Positions 45,626-58,100 are shown, counted from the stretch's first letter. The stretch: 64,000 bases of DNA from a bacterium (GCA_036504735.1 DASXUQ010000017.1:33349-97348); one strand, 5' to 3'. Notes: generated by a model from the sequence alone, not told the origin. Program-made: numbers and translations.

Positions 45626-48151
45626 ATGCGCCTGAATAACGTCATTTTCTGTATGATTCTGCTGGGGCTGATGCTCACCTTGGGCTCTGCCTCGGCTGTG
45701 CCCCGCCACAATAGTAGTCTGGTGGGAGCAGAATATTCGAAGATCGTTATCAAGTCGAAAGTAGATTTGCCGCAGATTGATGAAGTCGGCGGCATTATCG
45801 ATAATGTGGCGGGGGACACGGCCTGGGTCTACATCCGGCCCGACGCGGCGAAGATCCTGAAGGCGCGTGGCTTTGTAATCATCAAGGTGGAGCAGCCCCG
45901 GGGCGGGCGCAACACGCTGGACGATTATCACAATAATGATCAGATTCAGGCACAGTTCGACGCCTGGCAGACGCAGTATCCGACGCTGTTTTCTTATGAG
46001 TCCATCGGCACCAGCGCGGGCGGACGCAGCTTGTGGGTATGCAAGCTTTCCAATGGCATCGACAATGACAGCGGTAAAATTGAGGTCAAGTACATTGCCG
46101 CGATACATGGCGACGAGAGTGTGGGCACGGAAAACTGCCTGCGCTTTGCCGAGGAACTGCTGACCACTTATCAGACGGACTCGGCGCTGGGCGTGCTGAT
46201 GAACAATTATGACATCTACCTGCTGCCGCTGATGAATCCCGACGGCAACGCAGCCAGCCCGCAGACGCGCGGGAATGGGCACGGCGTGGACATGAATCGC
46301 GCCTTTCCCGACCGGATCGATGACTCCACCAATAGCACGGTAGGCCGCGAGCCGGAAATCGCCGCGGTAATGAACTGGACGGCACAGCACAATTTTATTT
46401 TGTCCGCCAATTTTCACGGTGGCGCCGTGGTGACGAACTATCCGTTCGATGGGAGCTACAGCGGGCAGAGCGTGAACACTCCCACGACCGAAGACGCGCT
46501 CTTACGCTACATTTCGCTGCGCTATTCCCAGTACAATACTCCCATGTATAACAGCACGGAGTTTGCGCAGGGGATCACCAACGGCTGCGCATGGTACAAT
46601 ATCAACGGCGGAATGCAGGACTGGAACTATGTGTGGATGGGCGACCGGGAAGTGACGATCGAACTCAGTACCATCAAGCATCCGGCGGTTTCGACACTCG
46701 AAGGGTTCTGGCAGGACAACCGTCTCTCCATGAGAAATTATCTGTTGGAGGCGCAGTACGGTGCGCGAGGGGTGGTGACCGACAGCGTGACCGGGCAGCC
46801 GCTGCGGGCCAATATCAGCTTGAACGGCTCCACCTATTTGACCTACAGCGCGGGCGCGCATGGCGAGTATTTCCGCATGTTGCGGCCTGGAACCTACACC
46901 TTGACGTTCTCCGCGCCGGGCTATGTGACCAAGACGTTCAACAACGTCACGGTGACCGGCAGCACACCGACGATGCTGAATGTGCAGCTTCTGTCCGCAC
47001 CGCGACCTGACATTGCGGTCGTGCCGGCGGCCATCAACAGCACCATCAATCCTTGCTCACAGCAGGACCTGCCCTTTGCCATCAGCAATACCGGAGAAGT
47101 CGCGCTCACATGGTCGGCGGCGGAAGCATATGAGAATCACACGGGCTACGGCAGTTCGACCGGCGGCGGATGGAGATTTGTGGACAGCGACCATGCCGGC
47201 GGTCCGACCTATTCCTGGGTGGACATTTCGGCCAGCGGCACGGCGGTGACCTTTGCCGGTGATGACCAGACGCTGGGACCGTTTCCGGTGGGCTTCACTT
47301 TTCCGTTCTATGGACAGAACTTCAGCACGTTCCGCCTGTGCTCCAATGGCTGGATCTCCTTCAGTTCGGCCTCTACGGCGTATGGGAATACATTTCTGCC
47401 GTCCAGTGCATCTCCCGAGAATCTGATTGCGGCATGGTGGGATGATTTGAGTCCGCAGCGCACGGGAACGGTGATTCGCCGCTGGACCAACAATGTAGAC
47501 AGCCTGGTGGTTTCGTTTGCCAATGTGCAGAGCTACAGCGGCAGCGGCGTGTACACGTTCGAGATGATTCTGTTGTCCTCGGGCAAGATTGTCCTCCAGT
47601 ACAACAGCATGGGCACGAACCGCTTGACCTCGGCGACCATCGGTTTGCAGAACAGCGACCGCACCAAGGGGACGACAGTGGTGCAGGACGCGGCGTATAT
47701 TCATAACAGCCTGGCGGTCTCCTTCTGCCCGAGTTCAATGGTGGCACTGGCGCCATCCTCCGGAACGGTGCAACCGCACAGTTCGGTGAATGTGGTGGCT
47801 CACCTGAATTCCTGCTGCGTGCCCAATGGAGCCAGTGGGGGCACACTGGCGATTGCTTCCAACGATCCGACGACGCCCGTGCTGAATGTGCCCGTAACGC
47901 TCACCGTGACGACGGTGCCGCCGGATGCCGTGGCGGACCTGACGGTTTATCCGGTTGGCGACAACTACCGTTTGGCGTGGAGCGCGTCTGTCAATGCGGC
48001 GGGGTACAAGGTATTTCGAATGGATGGCTTTGCACAGGATTATACCACGGGCGCACTGCTGACCGCCGTGCCGATTACGAACACCTTCTTTGTAGATTCC
48101 ACGGGCGGAGTGACCGCGACCACGTATTATCAGGTGGTGGCCGTGCAGTGA
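45626..48151 (+). CDS. secreted M14-family zinc carboxypeptidase with regulatory-like and additional beta-rich C-terminal domains
   Basis: AAIHGDESVG (HxxE) and SANFHGGAVVTNYPFD. The CarboxypepD_reg-like block is GVVTDSVTGQPL..GEYFRMLRPGTYTLTFSAPGY. Signal peptide; GAGGA precedes ATG 45626. Confidence 0.8.
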   Translation: MRLNNVIFCMILLGLMLTLGSASAVPRHNSSLVGAEYSKIVIKSKVDLPQIDEVGGIIDNVAGDTAWVYIRPDAAKILKARGFVIIKVEQPRGGRNTLDDYHNNDQIQAQFDAWQTQYPTLFSYESIGTSAGGRSLWVCKLSNGIDNDSGKIEVKYIAAIHGDESVGTENCLRFAEELLTTYQTDSALGVLMNNYDIYLLPLMNPDGNAASPQTRGNGHGVDMNRAFPDRIDDSTNSTVGREPEIAAVMNWTAQHNFILSANFHGGAVVTNYPFDGSYSGQSVNTPTTEDALLRYISLRYSQYNTPMYNSTEFAQGITNGCAWYNINGGMQDWNYVWMGDREVTIELSTIKHPAVSTLEGFWQDNRLSMRNYLLEAQYGARGVVTDSVTGQPLRANISLNGSTYLTYSAGAHGEYFRMLRPGTYTLTFSAPGYVTKTFNNVTVTGSTPTMLNVQLLSAPRPDIAVVPAAINSTINPCSQQDLPFAISNTGEVALTWSAAEAYENHTGYGSSTGGGWRFVDSDHAGGPTYSWVDISASGTAVTFAGDDQTLGPFPVGFTFPFYGQNFSTFRLCSNGWISFSSASTAYGNTFLPSSASPENLIAAWWDDLSPQRTGTVIRRWTNNVDSLVVSFANVQSYSGSGVYTFEMILLSSGKIVLQYNSMGTNRLTSATIGLQNSDRTKGTTVVQDAAYIHNSLAVSFCPSSMVALAPSSGTVQPHSSVNVVAHLNSCCVPNGASGGTLAIASNDPTTPVLNVPVTLTVTTVPPDAVADLTVYPVGDNYRLAWSASVNAAGYKVFRMDGFAQDYTTGALLTAVPITNTFFVDSTGGVTATTYYQVVAVQ

Positions 48152-48187
48152 GCTGACGGTCTGTCTTTTCACCTATGCGACACACGA

Positions 48188-48217
48188 AGAAAGGGCACCC
48201 AACGGGTCGCCCTTTCT
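48188..48217 (+). terminator. hairpin after the M14 gene
   Basis: agaaagggcaccc-aac-gggtcgccctttct. Confidence 0.5.
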
Positions 48218-48231
48218 CATTATCCCAGCGC

Positions 48232-48303
48232 GGCAAAGCCGATACGGGTGCAGGGCTTAGCCCTGCCGGCGAAGCCGATACAGGTGCAGGGCTTAGCCCT
48301 GCG
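48232..48303. repeat. two tandem 36-nt units each containing the hairpin GCAGGGC-TTA-GCCCTGC
   Basis: 33/36 identity between units. The second unit overlaps the stop codon of the 990-aa gene. Confidence 0.85.
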
Positions 48304-51265
48304 GTTTGAGGATTACGCCCTGGTTGCGGTGGCCGTTCATGCGCACCGTGAGGGGAGAGCCGAAATGCAGATGCCGGACGAAACTGGTTTCTTCGACGGC
48401 GGGCTGCTCCTTCAGCCATTGCCAATCGAGCAAACCGTCGCCGCTATCGGGATTGACGGTGAAATAACCGATGCGATAGGCGATGATGTTCTGAAAGAAA
48501 TGCGCGCCTTGCGAGGGCTCGACTTTGAAATCTTTGAAGCCGGATTCGATGATGATTTTTGCTCCGGAGAGTTGGTCCCACGAGGCGGGAATGCCCAGCC
48601 ACGGATCGGCACTCCCCCAGCGGCCCACGCCGATCAGCAGATACGGAATGTCCTTCTCCAGCAGCACGGCATTGAAATGCCCTACGTCGCGCGCGACGTC
48701 ATGGCTGCGGCTGCGGTCAAAGCTGTCGATGTCCACCACCACAATGTCCCGCAGATCATCGACTTTGCCGACGCCCAGCACGCGCGAACTGTGGCAGAGC
48801 AGAGTCTGCGGTTCGTGGTCGCCGATCTCCAGTTCCTCCAGTTCACGGCTGAGGACGAAGGGCCGTACCTGCAGGATGCCGAATTCCCGCGGAGTGTCGC
48901 GTGGCACAGAGAGATTGACGGCGAACTCGATCTCTACCGGGCCATTCATTCCCCACGTGCCCATCTCCAGAACCCGTGTGGCGATTTCCGGAAGCGGAAA
49001 GAGTTTGTGCTTGAGGATCGGTGCAAAGTTCACCAGACGCATGCCTTCCCGGCCAAGGCCATCGTGCATGGAATCATCTTCCACACAATATGTGGAGCCC
49101 ACGGCATGCAGCGTGCCATCCCGCTCGGCGGTATCCAGCGTGTACTGCTCCAGATCGATCTCCTGTGCGGGATCGTGGCTTTCGGTGCTGTCGCAGACCT
49201 TCAGAGCGTAAAAGGACTTTTGCGCGTATTCGAGCAGATCCTGCGTGGTGGAGAACTGCATCAGGTGGCGCGGATATTTGGGGCAGAAACGCATGGCGGA
49301 GCCGCCTTCGACGACGGTTTTGCCCAGACCGAGCGCCACCACCACGACGCCATCTTCAGAGGTGAGAGGTGGCGCGGGATAGAAGTTGTGGGAGCGCGCC
49401 ACGCCGGAGACATCGGGGTAGAAGCGGGAGCCATGACAGGCGCCCATGAGCTTCTGAATGATGACCGCCATCTTCTCTTCTTCGAGACGGTAGGGAGTGG
49501 AGCGGATGTAACGCCGCGCTGCCGGGGAAAAGGTAGAGGCATACACGCGCTTGATGGCGGCTGCGAGCTGCTCCAAACGTACATTGGAATCAGGATCGTT
49601 GTTGGGCAGCATGAAGGTACGGTAGACGCCGGCGAAGGGATGGAATTGCGAATCTTCGAGCAGGCTCGAGGAGCGAATCGCGAGCGGGTATTGCGCCACA
49701 TCGAGCAGCACCGCCAGTTCGGCCAGCAGGCCGGCGGGGAGGTTGGCCTCGAGGAAGCGGCGTTCGATATCTTCCTCTTCGAGCGCCGAGAGTGCGAATT
49801 CCCGCAGATGATTGTCATCGAGGAAGCGGTCGAAGATGTCGCTGCACAGTACGACACAGGGCGGTACCATGATGCGGATGTGGTCGAAGTTCTGGCCGAA
49901 ATCGTAGTGATGCAGCACATGATTGGCAAAGGCCAGTCCGCGCGCCTTGCCGCCCAGAGAGCCGCTGCCGATGCGGGCAAAGCCGTCCGCAGGATCGAAG
50001 ACTTCCCGGCTGAAATCCGATACGTGCCCCCGCGCGCGTTCGATGCGGAAGTTGCCTATCGACTGAACCAGATCGTTGCGCAGGTCTTCAAGGGTCGGAT
50101 AGTCGGAAACCTTGCGCGGCTTAAGCATGTCGGCGAGTTCGAATTCGGTGCGCGCCTTCAGCCAGTTGGAGAAGTGATCGCGTTCGGCATGGTAGCGGAT
50201 GCTAAGCGCGTCCACGGTGCGGAGTTTCTGCTCCAGTTCCCGCATGTCCCGGGCACGGGCGACCTCCCGCCCATCGGGCAGATGGAAGACGAAATCCCCG
50301 AAGCCGAAGGCGACTTCCATGAAGTGCCGCAGATCGAGCAGTAAGGTAGGCGAGGATTTGAGCGCGAACTGCACGCCAAGCTTGCCGGCCAGCGCGGCCG
50401 TGTTCGGATTGGATGATTGGAGCAGGACTGGAATATCGGGCCGCCGCGCTTTAAGCCGCTGTACGAATTCCGCTCCGGCTTCGGGGTTGAGCTTGCCATC
50501 TTTGGGAAATTCCACATCGGAGATGACGCCGAGCACGGAGTGCTCATAGCGGGAATAGTAGTCCCACGCCTCTTCGAAGTGATCGCAAAGCAGAATCTTG
50601 GGCCGTGCGCGCATGCGCAGCAGCTTGTGGTAAAGGTTGACACTTTCGGAAATCAGGCTCTGCGAGTGCCGCATCAGCTCCGTGTAGGCCATGGGCAGAT
50701 AGGAGGAGTAGAAGCGGATGTTGTCCTCGATGAGGAGAATCGTTTGCACGCCCATCATCGACGCATCATGCTCGACATTCCAGCGGTCTTCGATGTATTT
50801 GACGATGGCGAGCAGAATTCGAAAATCTCCCTGCCAGATGAAGACGCGTTCAAGCAGCGGTTCCGTGCGGATGCGCAGCAGCTCGCGAAACTCGCGGTTG
50901 TCGAAGGCCAGCAGCACTACCGGCATGCCCGGCCGCAGGTCCCGCATGGCGCGCACGAAGTCCAGCACGGGCAGATCCCCGAGATGCATGGTGGTGATCA
51001 CCAGATCGAAGCACGGATTTTCGGCGGCCAGTTGCAGCGCCTGTGAGGCATGGGAAACGCGGGTGAGATTGGGCTCGCGGCTGAGGTTCAGCTCCATGAA
51101 CTCGGTGGTGAGCTGCTCGTGAAGCTGCCCGTCCTGCGCAAGGAGGAAGGAATCATAGAGGCTGGACACGACGAGAATCTCCTGCACACGGAGGCGCATG
51201 AGATTCTGAAAATCGGTGGTGCGGTTCTGGGAACCGAGCGGTGGAAAACGGTCAAGATCGGTCAT
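48293..51265 (-). CDS. receiver-domain / PPDK_N (PEP/pyruvate-binding ATP-grasp) domain protein, 990 aa
   Basis: Two receiver-like domains: the second has ILLIEDN and GVISDVEFP, and the first looks degenerate. Also GSLGGKARGLAF, AIRSSSLLEDS, KMAVIIQ, and the C-terminal GVGRWGS..SQGAHFFQN module. Confidence 0.75.
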   Translation of the reverse strand: MTDLDRFPPLGSQNRTTDFQNLMRLRVQEILVVSSLYDSFLLAQDGQLHEQLTTEFMELNLSREPNLTRVSHASQALQLAAENPCFDLVITTMHLGDLPVLDFVRAMRDLRPGMPVVLLAFDNREFRELLRIRTEPLLERVFIWQGDFRILLAIVKYIEDRWNVEHDASMMGVQTILLIEDNIRFYSSYLPMAYTELMRHSQSLISESVNLYHKLLRMRARPKILLCDHFEEAWDYYSRYEHSVLGVISDVEFPKDGKLNPEAGAEFVQRLKARRPDIPVLLQSSNPNTAALAGKLGVQFALKSSPTLLLDLRHFMEVAFGFGDFVFHLPDGREVARARDMRELEQKLRTVDALSIRYHAERDHFSNWLKARTEFELADMLKPRKVSDYPTLEDLRNDLVQSIGNFRIERARGHVSDFSREVFDPADGFARIGSGSLGGKARGLAFANHVLHHYDFGQNFDHIRIMVPPCVVLCSDIFDRFLDDNHLREFALSALEEEDIERRFLEANLPAGLLAELAVLLDVAQYPLAIRSSSLLEDSQFHPFAGVYRTFMLPNNDPDSNVRLEQLAAAIKRVYASTFSPAARRYIRSTPYRLEEEKMAVIIQKLMGACHGSRFYPDVSGVARSHNFYPAPPLTSEDGVVVVALGLGKTVVEGGSAMRFCPKYPRHLMQFSTTQDLLEYAQKSFYALKVCDSTESHDPAQEIDLEQYTLDTAERDGTLHAVGSTYCVEDDSMHDGLGREGMRLVNFAPILKHKLFPLPEIATRVLEMGTWGMNGPVEIEFAVNLSVPRDTPREFGILQVRPFVLSRELEELEIGDHEPQTLLCHSSRVLGVGKVDDLRDIVVVDIDSFDRSRSHDVARDVGHFNAVLLEKDIPYLLIGVGRWGSADPWLGIPASWDQLSGAKIIIESGFKDFKVEPSQGAHFFQNIIAYRIGYFTVNPDSGDGLLDWQWLKEQPAVEETSFVRHLHFGSPLTVRMNGHRNQGVILKPQG

Positions 51266-51307
51266 GGGGGAAAAGGTGTTGTTCCGCTAACCCTGTGCAT
51301 ACACCAC

Positions 51308-51333
51308 GGCGCGGAGGGTTGCCCCTCCGCGCC
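51308..51333 (-). other. 11-bp GC hairpin between gdhA and the 990-aa gene
   Basis: ggcgcggaggg-ttgc-ccctccgcgcc. No T-run follows. Confidence 0.5.
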
Positions 51334-51359
51334 GCTCGCACTGACCCGTCAGCATACAA

Positions 51360-52769
<1,410 letters not shown>

Positions 52770-52859
52770 CTACTCCTTGCTTCTGGTGTTAACTTATCTT
52801 AACGACAAGCAAAAAAACACAGAGATCAGACTGCCGTCTGAATAAGGCGTCCCGCTTTT

Positions 52860-53056
52860 GGGGTCACTTCCGTCGCCCGCCAGCAGTCCGTAGAGTAGCC
52901 GTTTCCGGGGTCATATTCCGTCGCCCGTTACGGCAGATAGAAATCTATCGAGAGATTCTACTGTCCGTGAGGAGGGAGGGGCTTCCGCAGTCGGGGTCTT
53001 TTCCGTCGCCCTTTGCGGTCAGCAATTTTGCGCCGACGGGGTCTTTTCCGTCGCCC
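52860..53056. repeat. four direct copies of a ~19-20-nt motif GGGGTC(N3-4)TTCCGTCGCCC
   Basis: Copies at 52860-52878, 52907-52926, 52993-53011 and 53038-53056. The last two are identical. Confidence 0.8.
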
Positions 53057-53363
53057 GGTGCACAAATGGTAGGGTCCGTGGGTTAGGCTGCTACTGAACA
53101 CTCCTTCTGATTGGGCGGCGCGGAGGCATAATCCTCTAAGATTCTGCCGGTTGCCGCAGGTGATACGCATTGTGAAAAAATGCGCATTTGGTGTAAAAAC
53201 AGAAACTAAGTCTGCCGCTACGGCGAGCGTAATCGGCCCTGATGCGGCAGTTTAGCTTGACAGTACAATATGCGAAATATAAGGTAACTTGTCAAGTGAT
53301 AAAACTATATCGTCCATAGGGAGTCATGATAAACTCAGTTCACGAAAAGCAAAGACGAATCTT

Positions 53364-53379
53364 CGGCACGGCACTTGCA
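53364..53379 (+). promoter_or_regulatory. sigma54-type promoter candidate
   Basis: cGGCACGgcacTTGCA matches TGGCACG-N4-TTGCW with correct GG-N10-GC spacing. It lies about 63 nt upstream of GTG 53442. Confidence 0.5.
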
Positions 53380-53441
53380 ATATTGCGGGACAATGCGTTT
53401 ATTAACAAGTACAACGCACATTTGATGGGCATAGCATAAGT

Positions 53442-54305
53442 GTGATCAACTCATTCTTCACGTCGGATCTGCATGGCCACCCGCATCGCTATGAAAAACT
53501 CATCGCGGCTATCGAGCACGAGACGCCCAAGGCGGTCTTTCTGGGAGGCGATTTGCTGCCGCATCATCTGGCATCGCCCGCTTCGAGAGGCATTGTAGAT
53601 CAGGACTTTATTGTCGACTATCTGGTGCCGCTGTTTGCCGAACTGCGGGGGCGACTCGGTGAAGCGTATCCGGCGGTGTTTGTGATTCTCGGCAATGATG
53701 ATCCGGGCTTTGAAGAAGAGATGATGCTGGCCGGGGAAGAGGCCGGGTTGTGGAATTACGTCCATAACCGCTGCTATGAACTTGAAGGCTTCCCGGTTTA
53801 CGGCTATGCCTTTGTGCCGCCGACGCCGTTTCTGCTGAAGGACTGGGAGCGGTATGATGTGTCGCGGTATGTGGAGCCCGGATCGGTTTCACCCGAAGAA
53901 GGAATCCGCACAGTGGCCGTTTCGGACACGGAGAAGAGATACGGCACCATCTGGAGTGATCTGGCGGCGCTGGCCGGCGAGAGCGATCTTTCCCGCGCGG
54001 TATTTCTGTTTCATTCACCGCCGCACGACACGCCGCTGGACAGAGCCGCACTGGACGGCAGAAAGGTGGACTATGTGTCCATGGACGTCCACGTGGGCAG
54101 CATCGCGATTCGCCGCTTCATCGAAGAGCGCCAGCCGCTGCTGACTCTGCACGGGCATATTCACGAATCGGCGCGGCTGACGGGATCGTGGCGCGAGCGG
54201 ATCGGCACCACGCTCTGCTTCGGCGGTGCACATGACGGGCCGGAGTTGCCGCTCATCCGGTTTGATCTGGAGAATCCGGAAGGGGCGACACGGGAACTGC
54301 TTTAG
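53442..54305 (+). CDS. calcineurin-like metallophosphoesterase
   Basis: FFTSDLHGH near the N-terminus, GGDLLPH, LGNDD, FHSPP and HGHIHE motifs. Confidence 0.7.
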   Translation: MINSFFTSDLHGHPHRYEKLIAAIEHETPKAVFLGGDLLPHHLASPASRGIVDQDFIVDYLVPLFAELRGRLGEAYPAVFVILGNDDPGFEEEMMLAGEEAGLWNYVHNRCYELEGFPVYGYAFVPPTPFLLKDWERYDVSRYVEPGSVSPEEGIRTVAVSDTEKRYGTIWSDLAALAGESDLSRAVFLFHSPPHDTPLDRAALDGRKVDYVSMDVHVGSIAIRRFIEERQPLLTLHGHIHESARLTGSWRERIGTTLCFGGAHDGPELPLIRFDLENPEGATRELL

Positions 54306-54323
54306 CGCCCGGCTTGCCGGGCG
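54306..54323. terminator. short palindromic hairpin between convergent genes
   Basis: cgcccggc-tt-gccgggcg. Confidence 0.45.
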
Positions 54324-54328
54324 ACGTT

Positions 54329-55012
54329 CTATTCGCCCACCACAAGCCGCAGAGTGTCGCGTCCCGGTACACCGCGGCTGTCGCAGACGCTGGCCCAGAC
54401 GAGGTTCTCGCCGGAGTGACGGAAGGTATAGCTGACGCGATAGAGCCAACGACTCATATAATAGAGCGTGGTGTCAAACCCCGCATAAAAGATATAGCCA
54501 TTCCCTTCGCCGGCGAAGGTGAAGGTGGAGTCCACCATGCCGTATGGACCGGGGTACGTGTCCACCATCAGCGTGCATGGCAGCAGGGCGCGGACCGAAG
54601 CGGATTGCACCTGTATCCGTAAGTCCGGCGGCGGGTCAAGGCGGGCTCCGATGGTGATTTCATGGGTTGCAATCTGTGGTTCGGACATGCCATCGCCGAT
54701 CCGCGCCGTTACGAAATAGGATCCGGTCTCATAGAAGCAGTGGGGCAGCGAAAAGGTGCGGGGGCGCAGTTCCGGGAGCGAGGTGTCCACATGCCCGGCG
54801 TCCTCGAAACAGATTTCGAACAGACGCACGGGATTTGTTCCATTGGTGACAGTGAAGGTGAAACTCACGGAATCGTCGGGATAGGCGAGGTCAGGTCCTG
54901 AGATCTCTACCGTGGAGGGAGTCGCGTCCATACGTCCGCGATGATCGGCGCAACCATAAAGTATACTCATCGCCAGCAGCAGCAGTCCGGTGAACGTCCA
55001 TCGATTACGCAT
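54329..55012 (-). CDS. lipoprotein with two Ig/PKD-like beta domains (hypothetical)
   Basis: MRNRWTFTGLLLLAMSILYGC lipobox. ATG 55012 is preferred over the 55117 ORF start. Confidence 0.55.
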   Translation of the reverse strand: MRNRWTFTGLLLLAMSILYGCADHRGRMDATPSTVEISGPDLAYPDDSVSFTFTVTNGTNPVRLFEICFEDAGHVDTSLPELRPRTFSLPHCFYETGSYFVTARIGDGMSEPQIATHEITIGARLDPPPDLRIQVQSASVRALLPCTLMVDTYPGPYGMVDSTFTFAGEGNGYIFYAGFDTTLYYMSRWLYRVSYTFRHSGENLVWASVCDSRGVPGRDTLRLVVGE

Positions 55013-55113
55013 TTTTACATTTCCTGTGTGTGCAAAGTTCACGGGGCCACACCCCAAATGGTCGTGATGCAAGCGGGACCGATACGGATCCGGTTCCGGT
55101 CTTCCTTCATCCC

Positions 55114-55135
55114 TCATCCTTCCGCCTTCATCCTT
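55114..55135. repeat. 22-nt element TCATCCTTCCGCCTTCATCCTT (copy 1)
   Basis: Identical to 60180-60201. It encodes the last residues and the stop of the 1063-aa gene on the minus strand. Confidence 0.85.
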
Positions 55136-58100
55136 CTCTTCAGGGGCAGAGGCCGGGCGGCATCGGTGACGGCGCCGATTTTGGCGGCAAAGGGGCCGCG
55201 GGCGGCAATGTCCTGGTCGGTGACGATGTGGGCGTCGAGCAGTTTGCCGCTGCGGTATCCGGTGCGCAGGTAGTTCATCTCATCGAGGCAGAGGCTCCAG
55301 CCTTCCAGCCATTCTTCCAGCATCTGCCGCTGGCAATCATCACCCGCAAAATGTACCAACAGATCAATGTCACTGCCGGGTCCGGCGGTGGCATTTTTTG
55401 CGCTGCCGAAGACATACAGGGCCTTGACGCCGAAGCGGTCCGCGTCGAGGTGCTCGGCAATCTTCTCGGCCATCTGCAATCTCCAGCGCCAGTGCTCTTC
55501 GGCGGGCTGTTCCGAAGCTGGCGGCATGTAGCCGCTGCGCGATTCGACCGTGGCGGCGGGGCGCGCCAGAATGCCCACGGCCTGCTCCAGATCGGCGTTC
55601 ATCAGAATGCGCAGGATGCGTCCATTGGCGACTTTCGGCACATCGATCACGCGGATGATCGGTGCCAGGTCCGCGTATTCGGGAGCCAGATCGGCCAGCA
55701 TGTTCGGCGAGCCGCTCAAGAACTCCTCGTTGAACACCACGTCCGGATCATCCGGGTAGAGCGGCAGATAGCGGATGGAAGATTCCACCAGATCCTGAAA
55801 GAAATGAGTGCCGAAGGAGAGGTCGGGAATGTAATTTCCCTGTTGGCGCGCGATTTCGATCAGCATTGCGGTGTTGGAAATATCCGAATAGGTGACACTG
55901 ACGCCGAGCTTGACATCGCCGCGGCTGCCCCAACGGCCCGGGCCCATCAGCACGAACTGGCGTTTGGGAAGAGTCTTGTTCAGAAATCCGACGGCGCGCC
56001 CGACGGCGGTCAGTGTAGCCAGGTCGCGGATCTCGCTGTAACGCTGTGGGTCGACGTAGACAAGGTGAGTGATGTCGGGAGTCTTGCCGTTGGAAACATA
56101 GCGATTCGCCGAGAAGATCATGCTCTGGGGTGGAATGTCGGTGGGGATCACCGCCGGAACGGCATCCTCGCTGTAGCTTTGCGGGCGGCACTGCAGCAGA
56201 TAAAAATCCTTGCCGTCGTGGGCGAATTCGATGTCCACCGGAGTGCCGAGTTTGGCTTCAAGCGCCCGGAGGATGGTTTGCATCTGCTTGATGAACGGCG
56301 TGCGGGAGATCAAGCCGTCAAAGGTCACTACACACTCATCGCGCCGGGGATTGAAATACAATCCTGTCGGAACCTGCAGCGTGTGCTCCTTGTAAATGGA
56401 TACGAGCTGATTCAGCCAGGGAATTTCGTGACCGTATTCGCGGACGAAGCGGCGGACGTCCACGGTCTCGAAGGAGTTGGTCTCGAGATTGATGACGTCC
56501 ATCTTGTTGGGCGAATAGCGCACCACCTCTTCGGGAGAGACATTGACTTGCAGGCCGGGCTGTCCGGGGGCAATGAGCACCGGGTAATCATCGCTGAGGC
56601 GGTCGACCGCACGCGTGCCGAGACCCGGCACCATGCGAATCAGGCCATCCTTGCGGCGGATGCGCGGCGACCAGCGGAACTCATTATTGCTGAAGGCGAC
56701 GCCCGCAAAGGCCGGCAGAAAATACTTGCCGATCTGAGTGCCGACCACCTCTTGAATCATGATACCCATTTCTTCGCGGTAGTCGAGCAGGCCGCGCTCA
56801 GCGCGGTACTGAATGGGATCGGGACCGAAGGTAGATGAGTAAACCTCGGCGATGGCGTCCATCAGGGCATCGAGCCGCTCGCGCTTGGTGCCCTGATTGG
56901 CGAGAAAGAGGCTCTTATACTTGCCGGAGAATGCGCTGCCGAAGCGGTCTTCGAGCAGGGAGGAGCTGCGGACAATCAGCGGACGGTTGCCGAAATCATC
57001 CAGCGCCATGGAAAGCCCTTGAACGATCTCCGGCGTGAAGGTGGAATGCTTGAAGACCTGCACGATCTGGCTGTACTCGCGGCGGATCTCATCGATCTCT
57101 TTGTACTTGTGCTCGACCAGTTCCTCGAGATTATTGTAGGTGACAAAGCTCAGGAGCGTGTCGGAGGTGATGTACCACGTCTTGGGGGTGCGGATCTCGC
57201 GGAGAATTTCGGCGTCCTGGCTGATCTTGCGGATAATGCGCGAGGCCAGAAACAGTCCGGCGCTCTTGCCGCCGAGCTTGCCGTGGCTGCCGGCGGGGAA
57301 GACCAGCCGCTGCAGCAGCTCATAGAAATCCCCGACGTCCACAAACTGCTTGGCGACATTGATGTATTCGAGCTGATCGGTGAAAAAGCGGCGGATGAGG
57401 GAGACGCGCACCTCCTTCTCGGTGGTGTCGGAGAGTTCGATGCCTTCCGAGGAGAGGGCGGTGAAGCGGCGGATGGCGTCGGAAATTTCCGTGAGGGACG
57501 TGCCGAAGCTTTCGAGGGCGGTAATGAGGAAGTTGGACTTGTCTTCCTGAATCCATTTCTGAATCCAGGAGAGAATCTCCGGATCGCTGTAGTATACAGA
57601 GGCAATGTCGAAGACTTCCTCATTCAGCCGCGCCGACATGTCCAGGGTTTTGCGCATGGGACGGTTCTCATCGGGCGCCTTGCCGTCGTTGCCCCGTTCT
57701 TCCACCAATCGCTCCTGCAAAGCCTGCGCCTCGCGGATGCCGCTGGAACAGAGCCGCACGAACATCTTGCGGGAGATGCGGCGGTAGAGGTTCTGATCGG
57801 TGCGCCGCAGCAGATCCGCCACCACGCGCCACTCTTCCTTGCGGCTGTGCGAGAGGTTCTCCTTGGCGGATTCCCAGTCCTTCTTGACTTGCCGCAGCGT
57901 CAGGTACTGGATGAAGTGCCCGATGCGGTCGGCGATGGTGGCAATGAGCTTGGCCTCCTCTTTCAGGAACGGCCCGATGTCCGCCGTGGGCATCTCCCGC
58001 GTGTAGTAGACCTCCACGCTGCCGACAATAGTGTCCTGCAGAGAAATATCGGAGCATTGTCTCCACGGCGTTGGCTGGAAATTGACCGGCGCGTAGACGG

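Noticed and set aside
52860-53056. Direct repeats considered as a miniature CRISPR array.
   Set aside because: There are only four copies of a ~20-nt motif, with irregular spacing (47/86/45 nt between starts) and no cas genes. It was reported as a candidate regulatory repeat instead.
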